Source: Dimargaris cristalligena
Taxonomy: Eukaryota
Reading direction: 5' to 3'
Assembly (NCBI GenBank): GCA_003614675.1
Contig: ML002277.1
Location: 1-49,136, forward strand
DNA: 49,136 nt
Part shown: one piece after another, positions 1 to 10,900 of the stretch
Numbering within the stretch: position 1 is the first letter of the stretch
How the letters are laid out: the number at the start of each line of letters is the position of its first letter
Position numbers and translations under genes: made by a program
The notes under the pieces: generated by a model
What the model was told of the DNA's origin: nothing
Databases searched by the model: none
What the model saw: only the letters and a program-made list of their open reading frames with translations

Positions 1-900
1 AAAATGGAGGAAAAATGACTATACTCATCAGGGGCAGGGGCAGGGGCTCATTCACTCTTCAGGGGCATACTTCCGATAAGTGTGAAAAATGGATTAAAAA
101 TAAAAGTAGGTAAAAAAATGTGGTAAGTTCACCACACCCTCCCCACCCAGAGAGCAGCATAAATGAACCAACCAATACTGATAGTGAGAGATGTAATGTC
201 ACCTTGGACCCAACCATGCCTAATGCTTTGTTTGGAATGGGTTGGGGCCTCACTGTTTCAAGAATAGTGGTACCTGGATGCAGGTTGCTCCTGCAGTAGG
301 TGAAGGAAGTGGCAAATTTAGATTCCAATGGCCACCATCACAAATAACCTGAGCCTGTAGGTGCCATTTATGACAATTACCCAGTATTGCCCAACAAGAT
401 TAAACTGTCCATCAGTAATAAAGATGAACATTCAACTGAGGGCCAGAAATAACCCAGGACCCATTCAAAATCCCAAATCAAAGTGAGGGCTTGCATATGT
501 AATGTTTGCAAGAAATCATTTTCAAGACTGTTTCTTCTTAACAGGCACATAGGAATACACACTGGGGAGAACCATATACCTTGTAATATTTGTAATAAAT
601 ACCTTTCAAGTGTCAATTATCTCAGGGTATATATGCAAACACACAACAGGGAAAAGCCTCATAGCTGCAAGAATTGCGAAAAAAGATTTATAGCAACTGG
701 TGATCTCAAAAGGCATATACAAACACACACCAGGGAGAAGCCTTTTACCTGCACAATTTGCCAAAAACTGTTTTCACAATCTGATAGTCTCAAAAGACAC
801 ATGAAAATACACCCCAGGAACTAACTATTCACCTGAGGCTATTGGGTATATCCATTCATGAAACTTGGTAGCTTAAACCATCATTTGAAAACAACCATTT
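1..900 (+). pseudogene. Degraded poly-C2H2 zinc-finger gene, copy 1 (5' end lies outside the window)
   Basis: Frame of ORF 483..824 has four C-x2-C-x12-H-x3-H fingers with TGEKP-like linkers (TGENH, NREKP, TREKP). Finger 2 has H->Y. A fifth decayed finger follows the stop (N*LFT*GYW...LNHHLK). Upstream, the same frame aligns to copy 2 (VTLDP...KLS...DEH...PRTHS) but has stops at 111, 297, 345 and 450. Confidence 0.85.
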
Positions 901-1768
901 GTGGGAATTCTCCTAATATTTGAATACAGCAAAAGTGTTGATGAATTACCCCAATCCAAATTTCAAATTATTATATAATTGGGTCATATTGACAATGGCA
1001 TCTGGTTAACTGAAACATAGCTTATAATGAATGCTGCTAGAGTTAATATTTCACTATAGCATTTTCTATTTTCTAATCAATTATAAATAAACCTACATTA
1101 TTCAGTTTGGCATATAACCACCAAATAAGCTTGATGTTGTTGCACTCCCCCCAATAGTGTATTAACCCCTAATTTGAACCCCCCCCCACTAAAATAGAAG
1201 GTGGTTGGGCTTATCTGTGGGTATATTTCATCTATTGGCAGACATTTGAAATGCAACCAACCTCTAGCATTTATTCAGTAGCCTAATAGCCATACTTGCT
1301 ATATACAGACTCCAAATGTGTTATCTGAGTATTAATCCTCCCCAACACTAATGCAGTCCTCACTCAGACTATGGTGGCATTGTATTATATGAGCAGCAGG
1401 AAACATATTACTGGGGGTGTTTGCTTTCATCTAGCAATTGGTGGGTATACTCTTGCTTCAGTGTTGTTGAACAATGTAGCCATGCTATACACCCAACTGC
1501 TTTGCTTACACACACTTTAAGGTACACAATATATATATATATATATAAGTGCAAACCCTGGTATTTCCTGGCATGATACACCCCCCCCATTAGAATTCGA
1601 TTGAGTGTGGTCATATATACATTATTTGTTATATATATACATTTTGGATGTAAAATATACCTTAGGTAGATTTTTTTTCCAGCCATTGCTAGTGGTTTTT
1701 CTTATTTCGGTCTTAACTAATAATATTGTATCTCTTACTCTTAACTAACCTTGATCAGTCCTCCTAAA

Positions 1769-2796
1769 ATGTGCATATTCAAATGGGCCAGCCTTGTTCT
1801 GGCCTTACTTTTCCTAGCATGTGTCTCTGAAGTAAACAATCCTGAATCTGACCTAGATGAATTTATTATTTATCCCCCTGGTCCCTTGTTTAGTATTGAT
1901 TACACAACTATTAATACAATCCCAGGACCCTGCACCAAGAACCCACCATTATCTGAGATCAACTATTATATAAGTCAATCAGACAGGGATGGATTGGGGC
2001 AATCCATTGACCAGTTTGAGTATACCATGGGTGACAGCAATACCACGGGACTCCTCCAACCAGCAGATTTACTTGACTCCAACTACCTCAAAAATCAACT
2101 TGCATTAGTGAGACCTCTTTCTTTTACTGATGGTAGTATATTAGTTGTGATTAGGGCCAATGGCAGGGGCAACAGTGTCATTTTAGACCCAGCCCTGGTA
2201 AGTGACCTAACTAGTATGGATTGGGACCCCACTGTTGCCAGTATTTGGGAATTCTGCTCCAGCAACAGGTTGGGGAAATGTTGGCATTTAATCCTGCCAG
2301 CTGCCATAACAAACAAGGTAAACCTGTGGAGGCCATTCAGCATGTGAATCACTCAATATTGTTCAACAAGCAGAAACTGTCCACCGGTGATCAGGATGAA
2401 CATTTGACCACAGACCAGAAGCAACCTAGGACCTATTCAAATCCAGGTGTCAAAGAGAAGACTCATGTATGTGACATTTGCAAGAAACCACTTTTAAATA
2501 TTGCTAGTCTCAAGAGACAAATGAAAATACATACCAGGGAGAAACATTTTACCTGCCAGTTTTGCTCCAAGTCATTTGCAAAATCTAATTATCTCACAAT
2601 ACACATACAAACACACACTGAGGAGAGGCCTTTTGCCTGCACATTCTGCCCTAAATCATTTCCACAATCTGCACATCTCACATCATATATAAAATCACAC
2701 ACTGGGGAGAAGCCTTGTATATGTACCATTTGCCACACATCTTTCCCACAATCCAGTCAGCTTATAACACATATGAAAACACACACAAACCAATAG
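1769..2796 (+). pseudogene. Signal-peptide + poly-C2H2 zinc-finger gene, copy 2, frameshifted near 2245
   Basis: ATG 1769 gives MCIFKWASLVLALLFLACVS (short hydrophobic N-terminus). ORFs 1751..2347 and 2221..2796 join by a frameshift where copy 1 has extra bases (copy 1 TVSRIVVPGCRLLLQ vs copy 2 TVASI/GILLQQQ). Four fingers with TREKH/TEERP/TGEKP linkers; two have lost a His ligand (H->Q, H->Y). Confidence 0.8.
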
Positions 2797-2989
2797 TAAT
2801 TCACAAAATTTGGTGACTAACACTGCTATTTGGAATTGTTAGCTTATAGGATATTTCCAAATATTTAATTTTAACAATAGTCAACACAATCCATATGCAT
2901 TGAAACCAGCATTTCAATAAATAAAACAATCTTAAAATTGGCCCTATAACTATGGATATTATAATATTAGTACAGTTGATAAGACCTGT

Positions 2990-3054
2990 CCCAAGTTAGA
3001 TCTTATAACCAAAAGGGCTACTTAAGAATCCCAGTTTGGGATTCCTAACTTGGG
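2990..3054. repeat. Interrupted inverted repeat
   Basis: CCCAAGTTAG (2990-2999) plus GAATCCCA (3026-3033) is the exact reverse complement of TGGGATTC-CTAACTTGGG (3037-3054), with a 3-nt loop. Confidence 0.7.
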
Positions 3055-4459
3055 CTATCACCTGGATGGCAATATAGTAAGTTCCCAATTACTATTGCTC
3101 CTCTGGTTCCACCAGAGTCTTCCAGATCCCAACAGACTTTAACTGATCTACTTTGTATTTCTTAGTATCCTATATTATTCCCTTCTGGACAATCCCACAG
3201 TATTATCTAAGTATTTTAATACCCTGCCCATGACATGCCTTATTAAGTCCTTAGCTTTTATTTTCCTCTTACCTATCCAATAAATCCACCTATATGCTCA
3301 CCCTTGATAGTGAGTGAACATCTGTCCTGATTTATTTCTATACCCACATCATTTTCCACCTGTACCTGTCAGGTAAGTAGGTGTTAATTGGGAGTACTTC
3401 TGGTACTGTATCAGATAGAAGCCCACCCACATATACTCTTAAAAGATATGGCCAAGCCTGCCACAGATCAATTTCCCTTACTCTATCACCACTATATCTC
3501 CCAGTTATTCCTTAAACATTAACTGCCCATGCCTTCTGATACCATGGGCCTAACCTGGAATCTTAATGCTGTACTGAATACTTCCTGTCCTCATTTTAAT
3601 TACATAGGAATGTAGTGCTTTGCATCTTTATATTAAATATATAATACATTATTGATTTGTCTACCTATGTGGCTCTTATTATTATACAAAAATTTGTGGC
3701 ATCACTGCCTAGCCTTTTTCTGGGGTCTTCGGGCATTACTTCACTACTATATTGCTGCATTTAGGCCTCAACAGCCAAACTAATATTTTAAAAATGATTT
3801 ACTCTGTAGTCAATTACAAGGGATCATCATTGTCATAACTCTTAATTCATAGTATTGCACCTCAATTTACTTTGCTCCCCCACCTATCTGCATCTATTAC
3901 TATCACATCCGGAATAGAACTTTGTTTCAATATCACCATTAGCGCTGAATAAAGTCAGGATCTTCAACGCTTTTAGTGTTGCAGCTATTTCTAATGATGT
4001 AGAAAACTGACATGTGTTCGTTGTTTTGGAGCCCCACTCACATACAGGGTACATTTATCCAGCCAACGAACTGCTATTTAGTTCAGTACAGTGTGATTCA
4101 GTGTGCTAAAAGAAGGCCGTATTCTCGTTACCAGTGCAGTTAACAAAACCGAATCCTCTGTACCATAAGTGCAGCAATGTTATAGCTGTCTCAACCCCCT
4201 CCACTCACTAAGCTACCTTACCATCAATCCCCCAAGCAATGACTTAGATTTTGGCGGCTTATGAAATATCCCCCCGCGTAACGTATTTCTTTGGGGAGTT
4301 AACTGAGACTAAGTGGTCTCGGTGGAATTAGTTTAGTTCCAAAGTCCCTCTGGGGACATGGCTCACCACGGTCATTCCAAATCGTTCAACATCAGTCTTT
4401 TTTTATCTGCTGCTAGCTCTTTATGCCAGGGCGTAAAGCTTCTACTAATCTCCGTTAAC

Positions 4460-5936
4460 ATGTCGAAATTCAACAATTTATTGGAGGTGACGAAGACCTG
4501 CGACACTATGCCGCCCTTCCCATTCGAACATCATATGAATGCCGACGAGTGCCCGGTGCCCTTTACGTTTAGGGACCAAATCGAGCATGTGGGGGGTTAT
4601 ATTCTCCCTCGGTTTATCCCCGGTCTTCTTCGTGCCTGCGTGGCGCTTGGCCAAGCGAACGGTGCGGTGGGTACGACGGGAACCGATTTAGAAGAGCAGG
4701 CGACCACCACCACCACCACTTCTACCACCCCCCTTGAGTTTTACCTGACGACTTCGACTTGTACAATAAGCGGCCGCCCCGTCTCACTTGCACAAGCCCA
4801 ACAGCTCCTCGCCCAGGAGTCACCCGCGGGTACCGTTGAGCAGGGGAGGTGGGCCAAGGTGACACTGGCCCCCCACTTGGCCACTTACGAAACTCGTACA
4901 CGGGCCCTACTGGACCTCGCCCGGGCCCTGCAAAAGGCCGGCGAGTTTCTGGGCCTCCAGGGCTGGAGGGATGAGCTGTACCCCGTGTACGGTACGAGTG
5001 GGCCGGGTCGTCGGGCGGTGGCAAACCAGGCCGCCTTTGCCGTGGAACGGGCGGCGGCACCCATCTTTGGCATCCAAAACTTTGGGGCGCACATTAACGG
5101 TTATTCCTACGCTGAAGATGGCACCCTGTTTATGTGGGCGGCTCGGCGGAGTTCGACTAAACCCACCTGGCCTGGAATGCTCGATAATATGGTAAGTGAC
5201 GATTTTGTGGCTTGTGTCTGCTGAGAGAGCGGGGTAGGGTAAAGTGGAGTGAAACGTAATAATACTTCCCAGGGAACTAAGAAGCCTCCCTATTTCAGAA
5301 TAATCATTTACGTGTGGGTATCCATATAATATGTGGCTCACTTGAAGCAACCTGGCCGTGCTTGAATCCAGAAATGCCATTATCCGTTTATTTCGATGCT
5401 ATTATCCGGAATCTTCTGGGTACTGTACTGATCCGACTGCTGTCTTCCACGGAACTGATGGTTTTAATTGTTGCTCCTTTTTTGGGTAATAGGTGGCTGG
5501 CGGAGCTCCTTACAATATGGGTATTCGTGAAACGGTTGTTAAAGAATGCCAAGAAGAGGCTTCCATTCCCGCTGAAGTTGCCCAACGTGCTCGGCCCGCT
5601 GGTGTGGTTTCCTATATTCACCACAACCCAAATGGGTTGCAACCGGAATATCAGTTTGTCTACGATCTCCAACTACCCTGGGACTACGACGGGCTGCGCC
5701 CCAACGATGGCGAAGTAGAAGCCTTTTACCTTTTTAGTATGTCAGAGTTGCGAGAACGTCTATTGGCCGGGGAGTACAAGCCCAACTGTGCGCTGGTGTG
5801 CCTTGATTTCATGATCCGCCACGGAGTCCTTACCCCCGAAAATGAACCGGACTATCTGGCCATTATCCAGAGTATGCGGCGGGCCTTGCCTCTACCCGTT
5901 CCATCATTTGATGTTTACCGGGACCGAGTCCATTAG
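4460..5936 (+). CDS. Nudix hydrolase of the YJR142W / Tnr3 N-terminal / plant NUDT20-24 family; exons 4460-5191, 5493-5936
   Basis: Motifs GWRDELYPVYG, VERAAAPIFGI, GAHINGY, RRSSTKPTWPGMLDNM|VAGG, Nudix box KECQEEASI, PNDGEVEAF and KPNCALVCLDFMIRHG. GTAAGT...TAG intron 5192-5492. An upstream in-frame ATG exists at 4358. Confidence 0.92.
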
Positions 5937-7384
5937 AATACAGCCATCTGGCCAATCCTACATATAATTGGCTACATTGGGTATGGCCGCGTTCCACTGA
6001 ACCTTACACACCTGATCCCCAACTTACATCTTAATAGTTGATTTGGGCTATTCTTCCCCACTATATTGATGTATATGCAAGTCGATGCAATTGTCACCCC
6101 TTACTGCCACTGCGTACACTGGCAACAAATATTAACTAATATCCCCTCCTCCAGATTCCAAGCCTCCTGCTCCATTAATGGTGCTGCTGTTCCCCATACT
6201 ACGCGTAGGTGATGGATGCAACTGGGTACACTGGTTGTCCAATTGAATTCCCCTACTCTTACACTATCCTTCGTTGACTAACCTATATTTACAACTGAAC
6301 CGAATACGCCACGGACTTATGCTCCACCTATGCCGTATCCCAGACATGCTGATTAGCCAAGCGTACAAGTGGTAGCACGGTAGGTGCAAGGCGCCTTTTC
6401 AAATAATAAAGGGACATTCATTTCTGTCGCTGCCCATGGAGAGGCTAAGGGAGAAGGAGGATGGGGGAGGGAGGGGGGGTAGTACATGAATACATCAAGT
6501 GAGAATGCAATAGGTGAGCAGCAGAGGAAAATCAAGAAGAGGAGGACATGTGCCAAACAAGGTCTGGCTAGAGTTGATCTCCTCTAGGATCAGGTTCCAC
6601 CATTTGCTGTGTATAGTAGAGGGGTGAATATGTTCACTGGATTCTAACGGGTACATTATGTGGCGTAAACTAAACATACACTGCCTCCCACTTCCGTCTA
6701 CATTGGTTATCTCGCTAGTCAGCCGACTCCAACAGAATCATGGGTTGGGTTTCGACAGCAAACTTGAGCGCAATCCTCGCCCTTCTCATGGATTGCTTAT
6801 TCTTCAGCACGTGTATTGCTTGGTACGGCGGTATCCTCTAATCGACTTTCTTGGCAGTTGAATTTAACCATCTATTGACATTAATGGCAGATGTAGAGCC
6901 GCATGATCGCCCCGGTAGTTTATCGCTATCCCAGGTGTGCAACAATGCTCAGACCGGTGATTACACGGGAAGGAACCTTCAAGACTCCAATGCTTTAATA
7001 CTGGGCCAATATGGGTAAGGGGATTTCAAAGAGTATAAACTGGCGGAGGGTGAGGATAATAACTGGCAAATGGATGAGAAATACGCTGGTCCGTTGTTTT
7101 TTAAGGGGTGAAATGTCTTTAGGATAAAATATCGGCTGGTAAACATAACTCTCTAGGGGTTTTGAGGGGGAAATGATCATAGGAGATAAGGGTATGAAAC
7201 TAAAAAAAATAAAGAATTTAAGGACGAGAGCTTTGCCCGCGCCATGGGATTGGAGATTTGGATTTCCCCTGGTAAAGGGCTAAAGGGTATAGTAGATATA
7301 GAAGAGCCAAAAAAACAAACAAAAAGGAGGAGAAGGAGGAGGAGTAAAAAATCACGCAATAATGTATTTCTGCGGGTTGTCGCT

Positions 7385-7915
7385 TTAAGACCGTTCAATT
7401 TTCAGTATTTCGACTTGGCTATACGCATACCGATACATGTCAAAATGTTCAGTTACATAAATACCGAGGATTCCGGCGGCTGGGCTCGCGATAACGACGT
7501 CGCCCTCGTACTCCTGACCACTGCCGAGGTCGACAAAAACCACCTTGTCTATATCAATCAGGAGGATAAGGAACAAGGTCACAAATGAGTGGGGGAAAAG
7601 TTGAGGGAAGATGAGCGGATGCGAGGGGACGAGGATGCGACCAATGCGGATTTAGTGGTACGACCCCAGAGGTGTTACAAACCGAAAGTAGTTAGAGAAA
7701 GGGATAGACTATTAGCCAAGGCACAGGTGAATGGAATACATATATAACCGTACCCAGTAGGAAGAGGAGGTCCCCCGATGTATTTCCTAATTAACCAGGA
7801 CGGGAGAGTCATCGATATCCCCTCCCCAACATAGAAAATGAAACAACTAGGGGGGACAGGTGCTAATGAAATAGGTCTTACCACCGGGGATGAGGTCATT
7901 GGGTGAATATGTCAT
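7385..7915 (-). CDS. Small spliced orphan protein (65 aa), SH3/Tudor/KOW-like beta-barrel pattern; exons 7915-7882, 7548-7385
   Basis: A GTAAGA...ATAG intron (7881-7549) joins in frame to give MTYSPNDLIPGDKVVFVDLGSGQEYEGDVVIASPAAGILGIYVTEHFDMYRYAYSQVEILKIERS*. A pyrimidine-rich 3'UTR-like tract follows. Confidence 0.6.
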
Positions 7916-10900
7916 GGCGCTAACCGTTTGTCTATTTAGAGATAAATTAATTTTGGCGAAGTGTTTGCGGCTCTGCTTTTGAATAGAAGACCGTGGTGTA
8001 AAATCAAGGAGGGGTCCAGGGCAATAGTGCGTGTAGGATAGGAAGTCCAAGGATTTTCTTCGTAGCCGGGCTTATATACCAAGTACGACAGCCAAGTGCG
8101 AGTGGGAAAATGGGCCAGGTAGGGAAGATGGAAGGGGACGGGCAACAAAGAGGCGGAGCCTGGGTAGGACTAAAAACGGGGAAGAGGTCTTTGGGGAACA
8201 ATTGGCTGGAAATGGTCAATAATGGATTCTGCACTCAACACCCATCAGTACGGGTATGGGATACGGTGGCTTTTGGCAAAGGGGGTGTACAGTACAATAA
8301 GGGCAGTGGAAACGTGAACAATGTTGGCGTCGGGAGGCAGGCGCGAGGGGGGTGCTTATATATATATTCGCATCCGAGGTCACGCTAAACCAACTGTACC
8401 ACTGGGTCCCCGACGAGAATGGTGCCTTTCTTCTTGTCTTTAAAAAAAAGAAAAAAGGAAAGAAACCAGACCGGAAGGGTGGAAAAGACGCGGGGAACAG
8501 ACTGAGAAAAAAGGGTGCGCCAACACGTTATCTAGAGGGAAATGGCCAAATGGGTACACAGCCGGAATTCCTCTTATTCTTGTCGTTCTTTCTAAAAATA
8601 CGATGAAGAAGAAATGTGATTAATCCCTAGAATCCAGTGCAGCCGCGTCTGACCGAAAAAGGGCCGGTCATTTTGAGGGTTATTAAGCCAAACCCGGTGT
8701 TAAGGGCTGTGCCGCTCAACAACAAAAGTAAATACTGGCAATTATATGGTTTAGTAGATGTCGGTGTGGAGCTGTGACGTGTCAGTAATAGATTAAGAAA
8801 CTTCGGCCCCAAACCACACACTACTCATTCGGCAGAAACAAACCCAGTAGGTGGGGCGAAAATAGTTATGTAACGCCCCTCTTTTCCTCCATCACCTGCG
8901 CCAACGAAGGTGCGCCGCCGCACATAATTCGTCAGGGGAAAACTAGTACTCGATGGATTTACTGCATTATTTACTACCTGGACGAAACCGGTGCCCTCTA
9001 GGCGATAGCATAGACCGTCTAGAAGTTCCTTCATTGGGGAAGCACGGGGAGAAGAGTGGAGTGAAGGGGAATGCAGATAGCTGCGATGTGGCGCAGACAC
9101 AGGAAGTTGATTTAACATTAGATTGTGAAGATTGAATTGGAACGAAGTGCACGGGAGAGGGGGGAAGGCGAAAGTAGAGGTGTGCAAAGCCATTGACTGG
9201 TCCAACGTCCATGCCCCCCGTCGATCATCTTGGGGCATGGCGCATCTTTATTTCCCAATTCTTCAGACTACGCTCCTTTAGTCCTAAAATGTAATCTGGA
9301 ATAGCACCACTGACCTTCGGCATGGCATCCATGAAAACACCGGGCTCATCTGCCACCGCCAGCATGGGCTAGGGCTAGGGCTGAAGAGAGAGCATAAAGG
9401 TAAGGTCAGTTTTACAGAGGTGCTTGTTCGGCCTTGGAGGATCGATGAGGAAACACTGCTAGAATGGAGTAGTGGATGCGGAAAGGGGGGCTATCGCTCT
9501 TGATGGTTCTTCTCCATTGTAGCAGCTTGACCTAGCGGACCTCTGTTGGACAAGTTTCTATAATTAATGGCCCGCTTACGAGGGTGACGATTAGTGGTTC
9601 TATAATAGTGGCGGGGTTTCATTTTTGTAGGGGGTTTACTTCAGCCACATGGAAAGATTCGCAGGGGGTTTGTGATGGCATAGGTCTTACGTGGTCACAA
9701 CTCCATTACAAGTGTGGCAATTTGGGAGTACACGGCGGCCCCGAAGATTCCGTAGCTTGTTAATGCGGAACAGGTCTTCCAGTCGCCTCCACCTTTCCAC
9801 TCGCTTGTTCAAACGGGGCTTGGCGTCTTGTCATCCCTAGCGGCCCTTAAAGATGCGAACCATGGTGCTTCGCATATTACTTGGTTGACTGAGGTGGGGA
9901 CGGAGGCTGTTCATGGTGGTACTTTTTCCCGATATATATTAGTGATATGTATTAGTGTAACCACCACACAGGGTCATGGAGACTAAGCTGCAAAAGTATT
10001 AGTCAATTCCAATGGCCCAACGGATCCATGGTGCGCCAGTTATTTTTTTTAGTCCAACCACATGAAACCAGAGCCCCTCTATCAGACTATGCTGGGAGGC
10101 GTGCTACCGACCCACCGCGATATGTTCATGGGGAATGGCCATGGTCTAACCGCCATGGACCCTCCTCCCCAAACGCTGACAATAAGATGGCATACACCCC
10201 CTTGGGTCAGCCGAGAATGGCTTGGTGGATGGGCGGATGAATGGGAAGAGAAGGGTGATGAAAGGGGGCTGTTTAAGCACTCTGCGACCATCCGTCGTTT
10301 ATTTTAGATTTATGCATTACAGTGTAAATATCAGCGAATTCCCCCTCCAATTCCTATAATAGCCATGTCCATTGCAGGTGGCTCAGTGTCCTCTCCGTAT
10401 CTGAGGCTGATTTCAGACGCACAGCAAAATTGTCGAATAACTCAATGGCATGTGCATCTGGTAGTTTCCTAAATAGTCGCTGTTGGTCGGTCGGAATTGA
10501 CCAGGTAACAAACAGAGGCTTGGGTCACCAAAATACCCAGTTTTAGAGACTGGGTCTACGGAGGGAAGGAATACCGATCCGTATCGTCTGAAGGCCAGTC
10601 ATGGGCCGCTGAAGACACTAAACAGCAACGCCGAGGTCCCAGGCGGTGAGCGATGGCTGGGAGGTGATGGGTGTCCCGTGCGACTGGGAATTATCGGCAT
10701 TTCGCCCCAATTACCACGGGGCTTGGGTGCCGGTTCGTGATGGATCAGTTAACTCGAAAAGGAAATAGTGAGTTGGGGTTTACGACGTGTGAACGTGCCG
10801 AGTCGGTCATCTTGGACGGAATACTGGGTAGGCCGTGTTGTTCGAGGTCAAATCCGGGTTCCCTAGTTGATTTGGACTGGACATGTGCCATTCCAGTGAA

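Larger units (their letters stand above)
1..3900. other. CpG-depleted, AT-rich domain (likely methylated/silenced chromatin)
   Basis: Only about seven CG dinucleotides found by eye in 3.9 kb (near 74, 677, 1598, 1708, 2046, 2385, 3730). CG is abundant again from about 3910. Confidence 0.9.

Noticed and set aside
297..452. TAA/TAG-to-Gln stop-codon reassignment (stops in ZF copy 1 align to Gln in copy 2)
   Set aside because: Conserved genes here end normally in TAA or TAG (PUP3, DBT, bL33m, kinase) and have no internal TAR codons. C->T mutation explains the pattern.
5192..5492. TPP riboswitch in the intron of the thiamin-related Nudix gene
   Set aside because: CTGAGA is present, but the conserved CCTGAT/CTTGAT..GGATAAT.CC.GCG core and its pairing are not.
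6353..6556. Minus-strand ORF with a signal-peptide-like stretch
   Set aside because: TTG start, low complexity, no splice support and no recognisable domain.
9366..9382. GGGCTA x~3 telomere-like or telomerase-template-like repeat
   Set aside because: Only 17 nt, with no other telomerase RNA elements recognised. Compatible with chance.
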